Positions 1-9,900 of a stretch of 32,000 bases of DNA are shown in pieces. Every line of letters begins with the position of its first letter. The stretch's first letter is position 1. Source of the DNA: Candidatus Electrothrix sp. GW3-4. Lineage in GTDB: Bacteria; Desulfobacterota; Desulfobulbia; Desulfobulbales; Desulfobulbaceae. A program made the translations under genes and the position numbers. Below the pieces are notes generated by a model. That model saw nothing but the letters and a program-made list of their open reading frames with translations. It had not been told where the DNA came from and did not search any database. The stretch spans positions 1,530,001 through 1,562,000 of the forward strand of contig NZ_CP147990.1 in assembly GCF_037902255.1 (NCBI RefSeq), read 5' to 3'.

Positions 1-1
1 T

Positions 2-121
2 AATCTCTGTATGGTGCAAATGCTCCAGGAACGACTCGGTGATACCCAGGTGCTGGTGCCGGAGTTCCCGGATATTACTGGGGCCCTTGGGGCGGCGCTG
101 GCTGCGGCTGACGGATCTTGA
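2..121 (+). CDS. 3' end of upstream CDS (partial); tail resembles a BadF/BadG/BcrA/BcrD-type (acyl-CoA dehydratase activase-like) ATPase
   Basis: The frame is open from the window edge to TGA 119-121 and translates ...QERLGDTQVLVPEFPDITGALGAALAAADGS*. The GALGAAL-type C-terminus is typical of that ASKHA ATPase family, but only 39 aa are visible. Confidence 0.3.
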   Translation, partial: NLCMVQMLQERLGDTQVLVPEFPDITGALGAALAAADGS

Positions 122-891
122 TCAGATGAGCTGTACGCTCTCCTTGCGCTGAAGTAGACCTTCCTGACTATACATCCCATACGTTTTCTAGAATCCCTTC
201 CCTATATTAAACCAGCACGGTTTTTTATCATCATACGTATCACGGCAAATTCGTTATACATATAATGACAGACTCGTATCGAGTATCACAACGAATTCGC
301 ATTACGTCCCAAGGAAAAATCGTCTCAGGTATCCTTTTTTCTGCCTAATCAGCTTCCCTCCCGCCTTGAAAAACCTCTTGACAAGGCAACGTTCTGGAAT
401 TACCCTGCAAAAAATCAATACTTATCGATCGGCGCAGCATTCCCCTCAACATTGGAGCATGTCATGGCAAAGATCCAATGGCGGCCCAAAGTAAACGTTC
501 TCACTGTTCCCCAATCCTACAAAATTCGCTTTGTCCCCCGCGACTCAGACGGAACAAATGATCTGGCCGTCGCGATGGCGTGACCGTCACGGCTGATGGT
601 GATTATACCCTGCCGGGCTTTGCCGGATCAGCTGTCACCAGCCTGAACGTCCGGGTCAACGACTATGCTGCCCTGCTGGATTTGGTGCGAGATCAGTATT
701 ACGGGCGGTTGGTGGATGTGCTGGATGTGAGGGGGTGAGGTGTAAGAGAGGAGGGATTCTTCCTGTTTTTCTCCTCAGTATTGGACTAAGAGGAAGAATG
801 AGAGTGGAAAGGTGATGAAAGGAAGGTTTCTCGCTTTTCGTCTCGATATATAACCAACAGCGATTAATCATCAAAAATAGGATCAATATCT

Positions 892-1692
892 ATGGGAAAG
901 CAACTTGCCGTTCTTGGGAGCATTGCTTCAATCGTTGGCTTGGCATGTGCTGTTATTCAGTTTTGGCCTTTAAATGATACGACAGAGAATATTTCGAAAA
1001 CTAGAGCAGCGGACAATCCGTCACAGTCTGTAAACGTTACCGGAAACTCTGGAAATGTTATCCAGAGTTCTGGAGATAACGCCGTTATCAATACAGGAAG
1101 AGTAGAAACAACTATCAGGGTAGGTGATCCTAGAGCAGAGTATATCGAGTTAATTGATTTATTGGCACTTTTTGCAATCCCTAACTTCGAATCATATAAC
1201 GTACTCGGATGGGATGCTGGGACGGGGAAGAACAGCCCTATTTCATGGGAGTTTGATGGGATTCGAGAAGCCCCTGATTGGGCGAAAGACAAAGGAGCAT
1301 ATTATCGTGAAGGAAAGGTAGTTATGACAGTTAACGGAAAGGTAACTCATCATCTGCTTAAAAAAACACCAGAACCTGTCCCATGGCGAATTATTCTTCA
1401 CGGTCCCAGGATGGGAGTAACCGGAGTCACGATTGATACAAATATTATATCTCAGGAAATGGGTCCTCTCTTGCATTATTCAAAAAGTTTGTTAGCCGTT
1501 TCTAGAAAAGTAAAGTGTGAGCCGACGTCAGCTAGTGACGGGTTGGAAATTTATGAAGTAAATATAGCGGGGAGGAATCCTATTTGGCTAGAATTTACTT
1601 GGTCCTGTGGAAGCGCAGGATGTGCTTCGAAATTTTATATTATGTATTCTCAGAAAGAGGCATTAGCCAGAGATTGCACATGGGACTTATAG
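892..1692 (+). CDS. hypothetical membrane-anchored protein (orphan, AT-richer than neighbours)
   Basis: 266-aa ORF with an N-terminal hydrophobic helix (LAVLGSIASIVGLACAVIQFW), a polar S/N/G-rich linker (SQSVNVTGNSGNVIQSSGDNAVINTG) and a Cys-containing C-terminal domain. No family recognised. Confidence 0.55.
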   Translation: MGKQLAVLGSIASIVGLACAVIQFWPLNDTTENISKTRAADNPSQSVNVTGNSGNVIQSSGDNAVINTGRVETTIRVGDPRAEYIELIDLLALFAIPNFESYNVLGWDAGTGKNSPISWEFDGIREAPDWAKDKGAYYREGKVVMTVNGKVTHHLLKKTPEPVPWRIILHGPRMGVTGVTIDTNIISQEMGPLLHYSKSLLAVSRKVKCEPTSASDGLEIYEVNIAGRNPIWLEFTWSCGSAGCASKFYIMYSQKEALARDCTWDL

Positions 1693-1822
1693 CTTTTTGG
1701 TCTGGTTACTCTTAACGTTATGTCTAGAGCAAATTTCATGCATCATTTCGGCGCAAGGCCGCATTCTATTAGGTAGCGTAGCCCCCATGAAAGAGATGCC
1801 TGTATGCCCCTAAAAGAACCTT

Positions 1823-2038
1823 ATGCAAACAATAGCCATCCCTGATTCCGGCACCCTAACCCTTGCCACCATCGTCTGCGATTACAACGGTACCTTGGCA
1901 GTAGATGGCATTCTCTTACCTGGGGTGAAAGAGGCAATCAACAAGGTCACGGATATTGATATCCATGTCATCACTGCTGATACCTTTGGTATAGCCGAAG
2001 AGCAAATCAAAGCAAAAATGAGAAAGTTAGCCCCCTAA
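1823..2038 (+). pseudogene. truncated HAD-superfamily / soluble P-type-ATPase-like (COG4087-like) fragment
   Basis: The 71 aa (IVCDYNGTLAVDGILLPGVKEAINKV..IHVITADTFG) match the N-terminal half of family members that I recall as about 150 aa. The C-terminal half is absent and the frame stops 3 nt before the next ORF. Confidence 0.4.
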
Positions 2039-2041
2039 GAT

Positions 2042-2395
2042 ATGACCAGTATACCAGAACCCGAATGGCGTAAGATCCGAGAAATGAAGCCAGTAGTGCT
2101 GGATCGTGTATGCAAACGGATCCTCCGTGACTTAGCAGCTGCATCACAGACAACAGATGATGCTCAAAATCACCATGAGCAATACCTGCATGTATACAAG
2201 ATGCTGCAAGATAGAGATAATGACATTGCTCAGGGCTTCGATGACCTCAGACGGAGCAATGCATACGTCTTACTGGCCAACTGGGTTGGCAACCAATGGC
2301 TCACCTTGCCAGAGTTTAATGAACTCAGCAGGGAGACACGAGCGAAAGCCCTCGTGATCTGTGGGCTCGACGAGTATACTCCACCAGAAGCCTGA
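2042..2395 (+). CDS. hypothetical protein
   Basis: 117-aa ORF with ordinary amino-acid composition and no recognisable motif. An overlapping same-strand 66-aa ORF (2157-2357) and an antisense ORF look like shadows. Confidence 0.45.
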   Translation: MTSIPEPEWRKIREMKPVVLDRVCKRILRDLAAASQTTDDAQNHHEQYLHVYKMLQDRDNDIAQGFDDLRRSNAYVLLANWVGNQWLTLPEFNELSRETRAKALVICGLDEYTPPEA

Positions 2396-2551
2396 CAAAT
2401 CGCTGGAGTTCTGCTGGGTGCGGTCACTCCACCTTTCCCCCTTGCATTTCCTTGAGTATTACATTATTGTTGTCTCAGTTTTTATCCATTACCCAACAAA
2501 GATATTCCATGTTCACAACCTATCACTCCACATGAAGTTGCCGTAACGGCA

Positions 2552-2668
2552 CCCGACCCGGTCTGGGTCGGCGAGTAAGCTCAGCGGCTTGCCTCCTCTC
2601 CTGATTTCTTTCGACCTTCCCGGTCGACGTATCCTTCTACGATAGATCAGACGGACAAGGGCCGTCTG
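2552..2668 (+). promoter_or_regulatory. leader/intergenic module copy A (two hairpins), upstream of hdrA
   Basis: CCGACCC-ggtct-GGGTCGG hairpin (2552-2570) ... TCCTGA ... GATAGatCAGACGGAcAAGGGCCGTCTGA (2630-2668; 8-bp stem TCAGACGG/CCGTCTGA). A similar string order and spacing recurs at 6136-6248 upstream of mvhD. Confidence 0.35.
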
Positions 2669-2775
2669 AACCATTGATTCATTTTTTCGGCAAACGGTAC
2701 CCCCATGCCTTACGTGTCTCCGTATACGTATGACCTGGGCATGCAGCCGTGCCGATACGTACGAAGGAGCTCTTC

Positions 2776-5700
2776 ATGACCGTAATTGCACAAACTGCCG
2801 CCAAGATCAGCGGAGCCGTCATGGTGATCGGCGGTGGCGTGGCTGGTGTCCAGACTGCCCTTGATCTCACTGAACTGGGCTATAAGGTCTATCTGGTGGA
2901 AAAGTCCGGGGCCATTGGCGGGGTCATGGCCCGCCTGGACAAGACCTTTCCCACTAACGACTGTTCTCTCTGCATCCTCGCGCCCAAGTTGGTTGAAGCG
3001 GGCCGCGATCCCAATATTGAAATCCTCACCCTGGCTGAGCTGGTTGACCTGCAAGGTGAACCGGGCAGATTCACGGCCACCATCAAAAAGCAGCCCCGCT
3101 ATATTGATGAAGAGGTCTGCACTGGTTGCGGTCAGTGTACCCTCTACTGCCTCAAGCAGATCGGTAACGATTTCAACGAAAACATGGAGGTCAACCATGC
3201 CGCCCATATTGATTATTCCCAGGCCGTGCCGACCTCCTATTATATTGATGCCAAGGCCTGTCTCAAGCTGAACTATGATTCCTGCGGCCTCTGCGCTGTG
3301 GCCTGTCAGGCTGGAGCGATCCGATTTGACGATACCGAGAAGACCTTGGAAATACCGGTCGGGGCCGTGATCCTGGCTCCGGGCTTTGGCCGGGTGAGTG
3401 ACGAGGTCATGGCCAAGTACGGTCTGGGCAAGTTCCAGGACGTGATCACCGCCTTTGAGCATGAGCGACTGATGTGCGCCTCCGGCCCCACCGGCGGTGA
3501 GATCCTGCGCATTTCCGACCGCAAGCATCCCAAGAAGATAGCCTTTTTGCAATGTATCGGCTCCCGTGACGAGACTTGTGGCAATAATTACTGTTCTTCG
3601 GTCTGCTGCATGTACGCCATTAAGCAGGCCACCCTGGCCCGCGAGCATGACCCGAACTGCGAGATCACCCTCTTTTATATGGATGTACGCACCCACGGCA
3701 AGGGTTTTGACGCGGCCCGCAAACGGGCGGTTGAGGAAGGCGATTTTCGGGTGATCTATGCCCGTCCGCCTCGGGTGGAGGATGTCTTTGGCGGCGGGCT
3801 GCTGCTGACCTGGGCCACAGAGGACGGCAAACATCATTATGAGAAATTCGATATGGTCGTGCTTTCCCAGGGACTTGAGGCTCCCGAGGAGGCTGATAAA
3901 TTAGCCGAGGCTGCGGGCATCGACCTGAACGAGTACCTTTTTGCTGAGACTGATACCTACACCCCGCTGGCAACCAGCAGGCCAGGCGTCTATGTGATCG
4001 GGGCCTTCCAGGGACCGAAAGATATTCCTGATTCCGTTACGCAAGGCGGCGGGGCTGCGGCCCTTTGCGCCGGTCAGCTTGCCCCGGCCCGAAGCAGCGA
4101 AACAGTGAAAGCGGTTTTCCCCGAGGAGCGCGACATCAGTCAGGAAGAACCGCGGATCGGCGTCTTTGTCTGCCATTGCGGTATTAATATCGGCGGCGTG
4201 GTCAATGTGCCCTCTGTGGCTGAGTATGCCAAGACCCTGCCCAATGTGGCCTATGCCTCGGCCAATCTCTATTCCTGCTCCCAGGATGCGCAGCGGGTGC
4301 TGACCGAGACCATTCAGGAGCATCGGCTCAATCGGCTGGTGGTGGCTGCCTGCACTCCGCGTACCCATGAGCCGCTCTTCCAGGCCACCCTACGCGAGGC
4401 CGGACTGAACCGCTCCCTCTTTGAAATGGCTAATATCCGCGACCAATGCTCCTGGGTGCATATACATGAGCCGGAGCGGGCCACGGAAAAAGCCAAGGAT
4501 GCGGTGCGGATGGCGGTTGCCAAGGCCTGCCATCTGACTGCATTGGAGGAGGTACAATTGCCGGTTACCCCGGCGGCCTTAGTGGTCGGTGGCGGTTTGG
4601 CAGGCATGACCGCAGCCCTGGCCATTGCCGACCAGGGCTTTGCTGTGGATCTGATTGAACGGACAGCGAATCTGGGCGGTAAGGCCCTGCTGCTCACGGC
4701 GGACCGGCATGGTAAGGATCCCCGGCAGGAGGTGCAGGCGGTAATCAAGCGGGTGAATGCTCATCCGCAGATTACGGTCCACAACGAGGCGGCGGTGACA
4801 GCGGTCTCCGGCTATGTGGGCAACTTCACCACCACGGTGGAGAGCAAAGGGGCCAGCGAGCTGATTCATCACGGCGTAACCGTGCTCGCCACCGGCGGTC
4901 ATCCCTATCAACCAACTCAGTACTGTTATGGGAAGTCAGCGAAGATTGTTACTCAACTGGAGCTGGAGCAGCGCTTGGTCGAGGATCAGAACGACCTGAG
5001 AGCGGCCCGGCAGGCAGTGATGATCCAATGCGTTGGCTCCCGCGACGAGGACCTGACCTATTGCAGCCGGGTCTGCTGCGGTCAGGCCCTGAAGAACGCC
5101 CTCCGTCTCAAGGCCCTGCAGCCGGAGCTCCAGATTATTGTCCTCTACCGCGACATGCGTTCTTACGGTTTCATGGAGGATGACTACCGCAAGGCCCGTC
5201 AGCTCGGCGTGATCTTTACTCGTTACAGCTTGGACCGTAACCCCGAGGTTGATGTGAATGACGAGTCCGTCACGGTGCGCTATTTTGATCCGCTGCTCGG
5301 TGAGGAACTGGAGATCGAGGCCGACTTGCTGGCTCTGTCCACCGGTATTGTCCCGGAAGACCCGACCGCGCTGGCCAAGATGCTCAAGGTGCCGGTCACG
5401 GCCGAGAAGTTCTTCTTAGAGGCCCATGTCAAGCTCCAGCCGGTGGACCTGCCGGTGGATGGTACCTATGTCTGCGGTCTGGCTCATTCACCGCGCTCTA
5501 CGGATGAGACCGTGGCTCAGGCCCAGGCAGCGGCAGGACGGGCCTGTCAGCCTCTGGCAAAAGGTTCGGTGACCCCGGCACCCATTGTCTCGCAGATCAA
5601 TGCGGAACTCTGCATCGGCTGCGGGGCCTGCGAGTCCTTCTGTCCCTACAAGGCCATTAACATCTACAAGGATGATAACGGTAAACGCAAGGCCCGCACC

Positions 5701-5853
5701 ATCACTGCCTCCTGCAAGGGCTGCGGTGTCTGTGCTGCCCGCTGTCCGACTCTGGCTATTGATATGGGACGCTTTACTATGAACGGTATCATGGCTCAGA
5801 TTCATGCCTTTGGTGAGGACGTGCAGGAGATCAAGGAGGCGGTAGAGGTCTGA
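2776..5853 (+). CDS. hdrA: HdrA-like heterodisulfide reductase subunit A, double-length (two FAD domains)
   Basis: Start taken at ATG 2776, which has AAGGAG 7 nt upstream; the ORF-track start at 2749 has no RBS. Two Rossmann motifs (VMVIGGGVAGVQTALDL; ALVVGGGLAGMTAALA). HdrA signature TNDCSLCILAPKL. Inserted domain VFVCHCGINIGG...ACTPRTHEPLF. C-terminal 2x[4Fe-4S] motifs (CIGCGACESFCP, CKGCGVCAARCP). Confidence 0.85.
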   Translation: MTVIAQTAAKISGAVMVIGGGVAGVQTALDLTELGYKVYLVEKSGAIGGVMARLDKTFPTNDCSLCILAPKLVEAGRDPNIEILTLAELVDLQGEPGRFTATIKKQPRYIDEEVCTGCGQCTLYCLKQIGNDFNENMEVNHAAHIDYSQAVPTSYYIDAKACLKLNYDSCGLCAVACQAGAIRFDDTEKTLEIPVGAVILAPGFGRVSDEVMAKYGLGKFQDVITAFEHERLMCASGPTGGEILRISDRKHPKKIAFLQCIGSRDETCGNNYCSSVCCMYAIKQATLAREHDPNCEITLFYMDVRTHGKGFDAARKRAVEEGDFRVIYARPPRVEDVFGGGLLLTWATEDGKHHYEKFDMVVLSQGLEAPEEADKLAEAAGIDLNEYLFAETDTYTPLATSRPGVYVIGAFQGPKDIPDSVTQGGGAAALCAGQLAPARSSETVKAVFPEERDISQEEPRIGVFVCHCGINIGGVVNVPSVAEYAKTLPNVAYASANLYSCSQDAQRVLTETIQEHRLNRLVVAACTPRTHEPLFQATLREAGLNRSLFEMANIRDQCSWVHIHEPERATEKAKDAVRMAVAKACHLTALEEVQLPVTPAALVVGGGLAGMTAALAIADQGFAVDLIERTANLGGKALLLTADRHGKDPRQEVQAVIKRVNAHPQITVHNEAAVTAVSGYVGNFTTTVESKGASELIHHGVTVLATGGHPYQPTQYCYGKSAKIVTQLELEQRLVEDQNDLRAARQAVMIQCVGSRDEDLTYCSRVCCGQALKNALRLKALQPELQIIVLYRDMRSYGFMEDDYRKARQLGVIFTRYSLDRNPEVDVNDESVTVRYFDPLLGEELEIEADLLALSTGIVPEDPTALAKMLKVPVTAEKFFLEAHVKLQPVDLPVDGTYVCGLAHSPRSTDETVAQAQAAAGRACQPLAKGSVTPAPIVSQINAELCIGCGACESFCPYKAINIYKDDNGKRKARTITASCKGCGVCAARCPTLAIDMGRFTMNGIMAQIHAFGEDVQEIKEAVEV

Positions 5854-5881
5854 TCGTTCTTTGAGTAGAGCTAACGGCAGT

Positions 5882-5919
5882 AACGTTGTTTCTTGTCGAA
5901 CAGAGAACGTTTTTTTTTA
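5882..5919 (+). terminator. possible intrinsic terminator after hdrA
   Basis: Imperfect AT-rich hairpin AACGTTgTTTcTTG...AAcAgAgAACGTT running directly into a T9-10 tract (5910-5919), 29 nt after the hdrA stop. Confidence 0.35.
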
Positions 5920-5927
5920 TAACACCC

Positions 5928-5950
5928 ATCCCTCCCCTCTGGGGAGGGAT
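5928..5950. other. perfect 10-bp stem / 3-nt loop hairpin
   Basis: ATCCCTCCCC-tct-GGGGAGGGAT. No T-tract follows it on either strand, so it is not a canonical terminator. Confidence 0.5.
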
Positions 5951-5991
5951 AATAACACATGAAAGAAGGGAAGTCTGATAGGCTTTGCTAA

Positions 5992-6086
5992 TTATTTTTA
6001 TATAAACGGCCATGAGCCTGCGCTCACAACAAAAGCATGAAAATGAACAGATGATTCGTCCGAGTTACCCGTTATTTTTATATAAA
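5992..6086. repeat. two copies of a 15-nt AT-rich direct repeat, 80 bp apart
   Basis: TTATTTTTATATAAA at 5992-6006 and again at 6072-6086, inside the 473-bp hdrA-mvhD spacer. Confidence 0.7.
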
Positions 6087-6135
6087 ACCAGTTGCCTATG
6101 CTGACGAGCTATTTTCAGAGCTGAGACTGCTACGA

Positions 6136-6248
6136 CCGACCCAGGTTGGGTTCGGGAAAACTGTCATCGGCCTTGGTTCGTTCCTGACGCTCTCCTTGCG
6201 GACTCCCCGCATCTCTCTGATAGCGCAGACGGATTCAAGGCCATCTGA
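6136..6248 (+). promoter_or_regulatory. leader/intergenic module copy B, upstream of mvhD
   Basis: CCGACCC-aggtt-GGGTtCGG ... TCCTGA ... GATAGcgCAGACGGAttCAAGGCCaTCTGA. Same order and similar spacing as copy A (CCGACCC to GATAG is 78 nt in A and 83 nt in B). Confidence 0.35.
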
Positions 6249-6326
6249 CGCAAACCGTGTTTCATCCATTGCTCCCCGACATCGCTGTGGGGCAGTGTTT
6301 TCTTTTTACCCTCACGGAGAGAGATT

Positions 6327-6935
6327 ATGTCTGACTATCAACCAAAAATATTAGGTTTCCTCTGTAACTGGTGCTGCTACACCGCTGCTGACTCAGCCGG
6401 GGTAGGGCGCTATCAATATCCCCCCAGTCTGCGGGTCGTCCGGATGATGTGTACCGGCAGGCTTGATCCCTCCTTTCCCCTGGAAGGCCTGGCCAACGGA
6501 GCGGACGCGATCTTTGTTGGCGGCTGCCATCCCGGTGAGTGCCATTATATTGATGGCAACTACCATGCCCTGGTCTCTGCTGCCCTGGTTCATGAGACCC
6601 TGGAGCGCATCGGCATCAGCAAGGACCGCTTTCTCATCGACTGGGCCTCGGCTGCAGAAGGCCCGAACTTTGTCAAGATCATCACCCGCTTTACCGAGCA
6701 GGCTGCCGAACTGGGGCCCTTGGGTCAGGCAGAGGGAATGGATCAGGAGGAGCTGCGGCAAAAGCTGCTCAAGGCTGCTGAAGTGGCCCGGAATAAGAAG
6801 GTCCGCACCAATTTGATCAGTGCCAGCCGGGCCATGATGAAGAGCGGTGACTTCTCCCGGCCCGCCATTGCCGACCTGGTTGCGGCCAAGTGTGATAAGA
6901 ATCTGACCGCTTTGCTTGGGGGGGGAGCTGTATGA
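6327..6935 (+). CDS. mvhD: MvhD/FlpD-family protein (methyl-viologen-reducing hydrogenase delta subunit-like)
   Basis: 202 aa. KILGFLCNWCCYTAAD...VRMMCTGRLDPSF...GADAIFVGGCHPGECHY is the MvhD signature. GGAGAGAG RBS upstream. The stop overlaps the next start (ATGA, 6932-6935). Confidence 0.85.
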   Translation: MSDYQPKILGFLCNWCCYTAADSAGVGRYQYPPSLRVVRMMCTGRLDPSFPLEGLANGADAIFVGGCHPGECHYIDGNYHALVSAALVHETLERIGISKDRFLIDWASAAEGPNFVKIITRFTEQAAELGPLGQAEGMDQEELRQKLLKAAEVARNKKVRTNLISASRAMMKSGDFSRPAIADLVAAKCDKNLTALLGGGAV

Positions 6936-9900
6936 GTATGACCGTATCCCTGACCATCAACGGCCAGCCGTTCCGTCTGGCTGCTGACCAGATCATCCTG
7001 GCTGCGGCCAAAGAGGCGGGGATTGAAATTCCCCATCTCTGCCACCTGCCAGGAAAGAGCGATGCCGACCCACCCTGTCTGCTCTGCCTGGTGGAGGTGA
7101 ACGGAAAACGAGCACGGGCCTGCGTAACCCGGATTGCCGAGGGTATGGTGATAGAGACCGAGACGCCAGCATTGGTCGAGCACCGCAAGGAACGGTTGGG
7201 CCAGCTGGCCGCTTGCCATTACGGCGACTGTAAGGCCCCATGCAGCCTGGCCTGCCCAGGCTCGATCAACGTCCAGGGCTATATCAGTCTGATCGGCCAG
7301 CAACAGTTCAGCGCCGCCCTCCAGTTGATCCGGGAGAAGAATCCCCTGCCCGGCATTGTCTGCCGGGTCTGTCCGACCTTTTGCGAGCATACCTGCCGTC
7401 GTGCCCTGCTGGATGAGGCCATTGCCATCAACAACCTGAAACGCTTTGCCTTTGATGCTGCATTTCAGCATCCCCTGCCAGCGGAGAAGGTAGCCCCGGC
7501 CACGGCTCATAAGGCAGCGATCATCGGTGGCGGTCCTACCGGTCTGAGTGCGGCCTGGTTCCTGCGCAAGCAGGGCCACAGCGTCACCATTTTCGAGGCT
7601 GGTCCGGCCCTGGGTGGGGCAGCCCGCACCGCCATTCCTGCCTTTAAGCTGCCCAAGGAAAATCTGGCCCGGGAGATTGAAACTGTCCTTTCCCTGGGAG
7701 TTGAGGTCAGGACCCGCACTGCCTGGGGCCGGGATTTTTCCCTGACCGATCTCCAGCAGCAGGGCTTTGGGGCGATCTTCATTGCCACGGGTCTTGCTGG
7801 GCATAAAAAATTAAGCGTACCAGGCAACGAGCTGGTCCAGGACGGCCTGGCATTCCTTGCCCAGGTCAATCAGGGCAGCCTGACCTCCCTGGCTGGCAAG
7901 GTCTTGGTGGTCGGGGGCAGCAAGGTCGCCATTGAGGCGGCCCGCACGGCCCTGCGCCTGGGCGCAGATGAGGTTCTGCTGATCCATGATCGGCCTGCGG
8001 TGCGCATGACGGCTTATGAGAAAGATATTCGGGCGGCGCAGGGAGAACAGGTCCAGCTGCAGATGCTGACCGCCCTGCTGGCGGTCCGGCAGGAAGATGA
8101 GACTACACTGAGCGCCGAGCTGACCCGAACAGAGCTTGTGGATGATGATGTGCGGAGCATGCCGGTGGCGAGAGAGGGTTCCTCGCTGCGCTGGCAGGGC
8201 GGCCTCATCCTCAACTGCCGGGGGCGGCAGGCGGATGAGGTCTTGCTCTCTTTTGGCGAGCTGGAGAGTAGGCTGGAGCTCACCCCGAAAAAGACCCTCA
8301 AGGTCAGGGTGGCCACCATGGAGACCAATCTGCCCGGCGTCTATGCGGGTGGCGAGGTGGCCAGCGGGCCGCGCTCGGTGATTCAGGCGATCAATGCGGG
8401 CCGTAAGGCCGCTGAGGCCATCCATCGTCAGTTTGGCGGGGCAGAGCTGGGGGTGGCAGACGGCCGCTTCAACTTCAGCAAGGGCCGCAGCTTGGATGCC
8501 GTGGACATGGGGAATTATAGGGGCAGGGCGATCCAGGCACGAACCGTGCTGCCGGAGCGGGCAGGAAAAGAACGTTGCCGCGATTTCAGTCAGACCGAGC
8601 TGGGCTATACGGAAGAAATGGCACTGCGTGAGGCCCGGCGTTGCCTGGAATGCGGCTGCACCGGTCTGAGTAAGTGCGAGCTGCGACCTCTCTGCCGGGA
8701 TCATAAGGTCTCGGCAAGATCGGCTCCCAGCCGACAACGGGGTGAGGTGGACCATTCCCATCCCTTTATCCGTCTTGATGCGGATCGCTGTATCGGCTGC
8801 CAACGCTGCCAGCGCTCCTGCGAGTTTGATGCCTTTGTTTTCAAACAGGGCGACCCGGTGCCCTTGCTGACCATCAAGGGTAACTGTGTCTCCTGCGGGG
8901 CCTGCGTCGATGCCTGCCCTACCGGTGCCCTGACCAAGAAGCAGCTGACCTTGCCCCTGTTGCCCGCTGAGGCCGAACAGGTGCGTAGCGTTTGTACCTA
9001 CTGCGGCACGGGCTGCTCTGTGGATATTGCCGTGAAAAACAGTACCATCATCGAGATCAAGGCCTTGGTCGACGCCCCACCCAATAACGGCGATCTCTGC
9101 GTCAAGGGCCGCTTTGGCTTTGACTTCTATCGTCATCCTGAGCGCCTGACCAGGCCCCTGATCCGGGAACGGCTGGACCAGCCCTTTCGCCAGGCAAGCT
9201 GGCAAGAGGCCCTGGCCTTTGCTGCGGCAGGCTTCAGGCGTATCCAGGAAGAGCAGGGGCCGGAGGCCCTCGGGATCCTCTCCTCGTCCCGTTGCGAGAA
9301 CGAGGTTAACTACCTGGCCCAAAAGTTCTGTCGGACCGTGTTCCGCAGTAACTCGGTGGATAACTGTGCCCGGGTCTGCCATGCCCCGTCGGTGAGCGGC
9401 CTGCGCATTGCTCTGGGCAGTGGGGCCGCCACCAACGCCCTGGCAGACATCGAAGGTGCTGAGGTGCTGCTGATCAGCGGCTCCAATCTGGCTGAGGCCC
9501 ATCCGGTAGTGGGGATGAAGGTGCGTCGTGCCCTGCACAAGGGGGCCCGGCTGATCGTCATTGACCCGCGTCAAACCGAGATGGCCCGGCTGGCCGACAT
9601 CCACCTCCAGCTTATTCCCGGCACCAACGTCCCCCTGCTCAACTCCCTGCTCCACGCCATTCTGGATGAGGGCCTGGAGGACAAGGGCTTCGTTGCTGCC
9701 CGGACCGAGAACCTGGACCGAGTACGCGAGCATGTGGCTGCCTATGCGCCAGAGGCCATGGCCGAGCAGACCGGAGTTGCTGCGGAGCTGGTCCGCCAGG
9801 CGGCCCGGCTCTATTGTGCGACCACCAAGGGCATGATCCTCTACGGGCTGGGCATGACCGAGCACCGTAACGGTACCCAGGGGGTGATGGGTCTGGCCAA

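Noticed and set aside
236-305. Loose direct repeat GTATCAC..AATTCG..TAC (236-258 and 283-305), including a CGAATTCG palindrome
   Set aside because: It is short and imperfect, with no adjacent gene to regulate, so it cannot be distinguished from chance in an AT-rich region.
656-886. 76-aa - strand ORF in the upstream patch
   Set aside because: Proline/histidine/leucine-rich, with no RBS or motif. It overlaps the + strand remnant frames and is probably non-coding.
2710-3837. 375-aa - strand ORF overlapping the hdrA 5' region (and similar - strand ORFs at 3901-4368, 4314-4748 and 6743-7804)
   Set aside because: These are shadow ORFs antisense to genes with strong family signatures. They have no motifs and biased composition.
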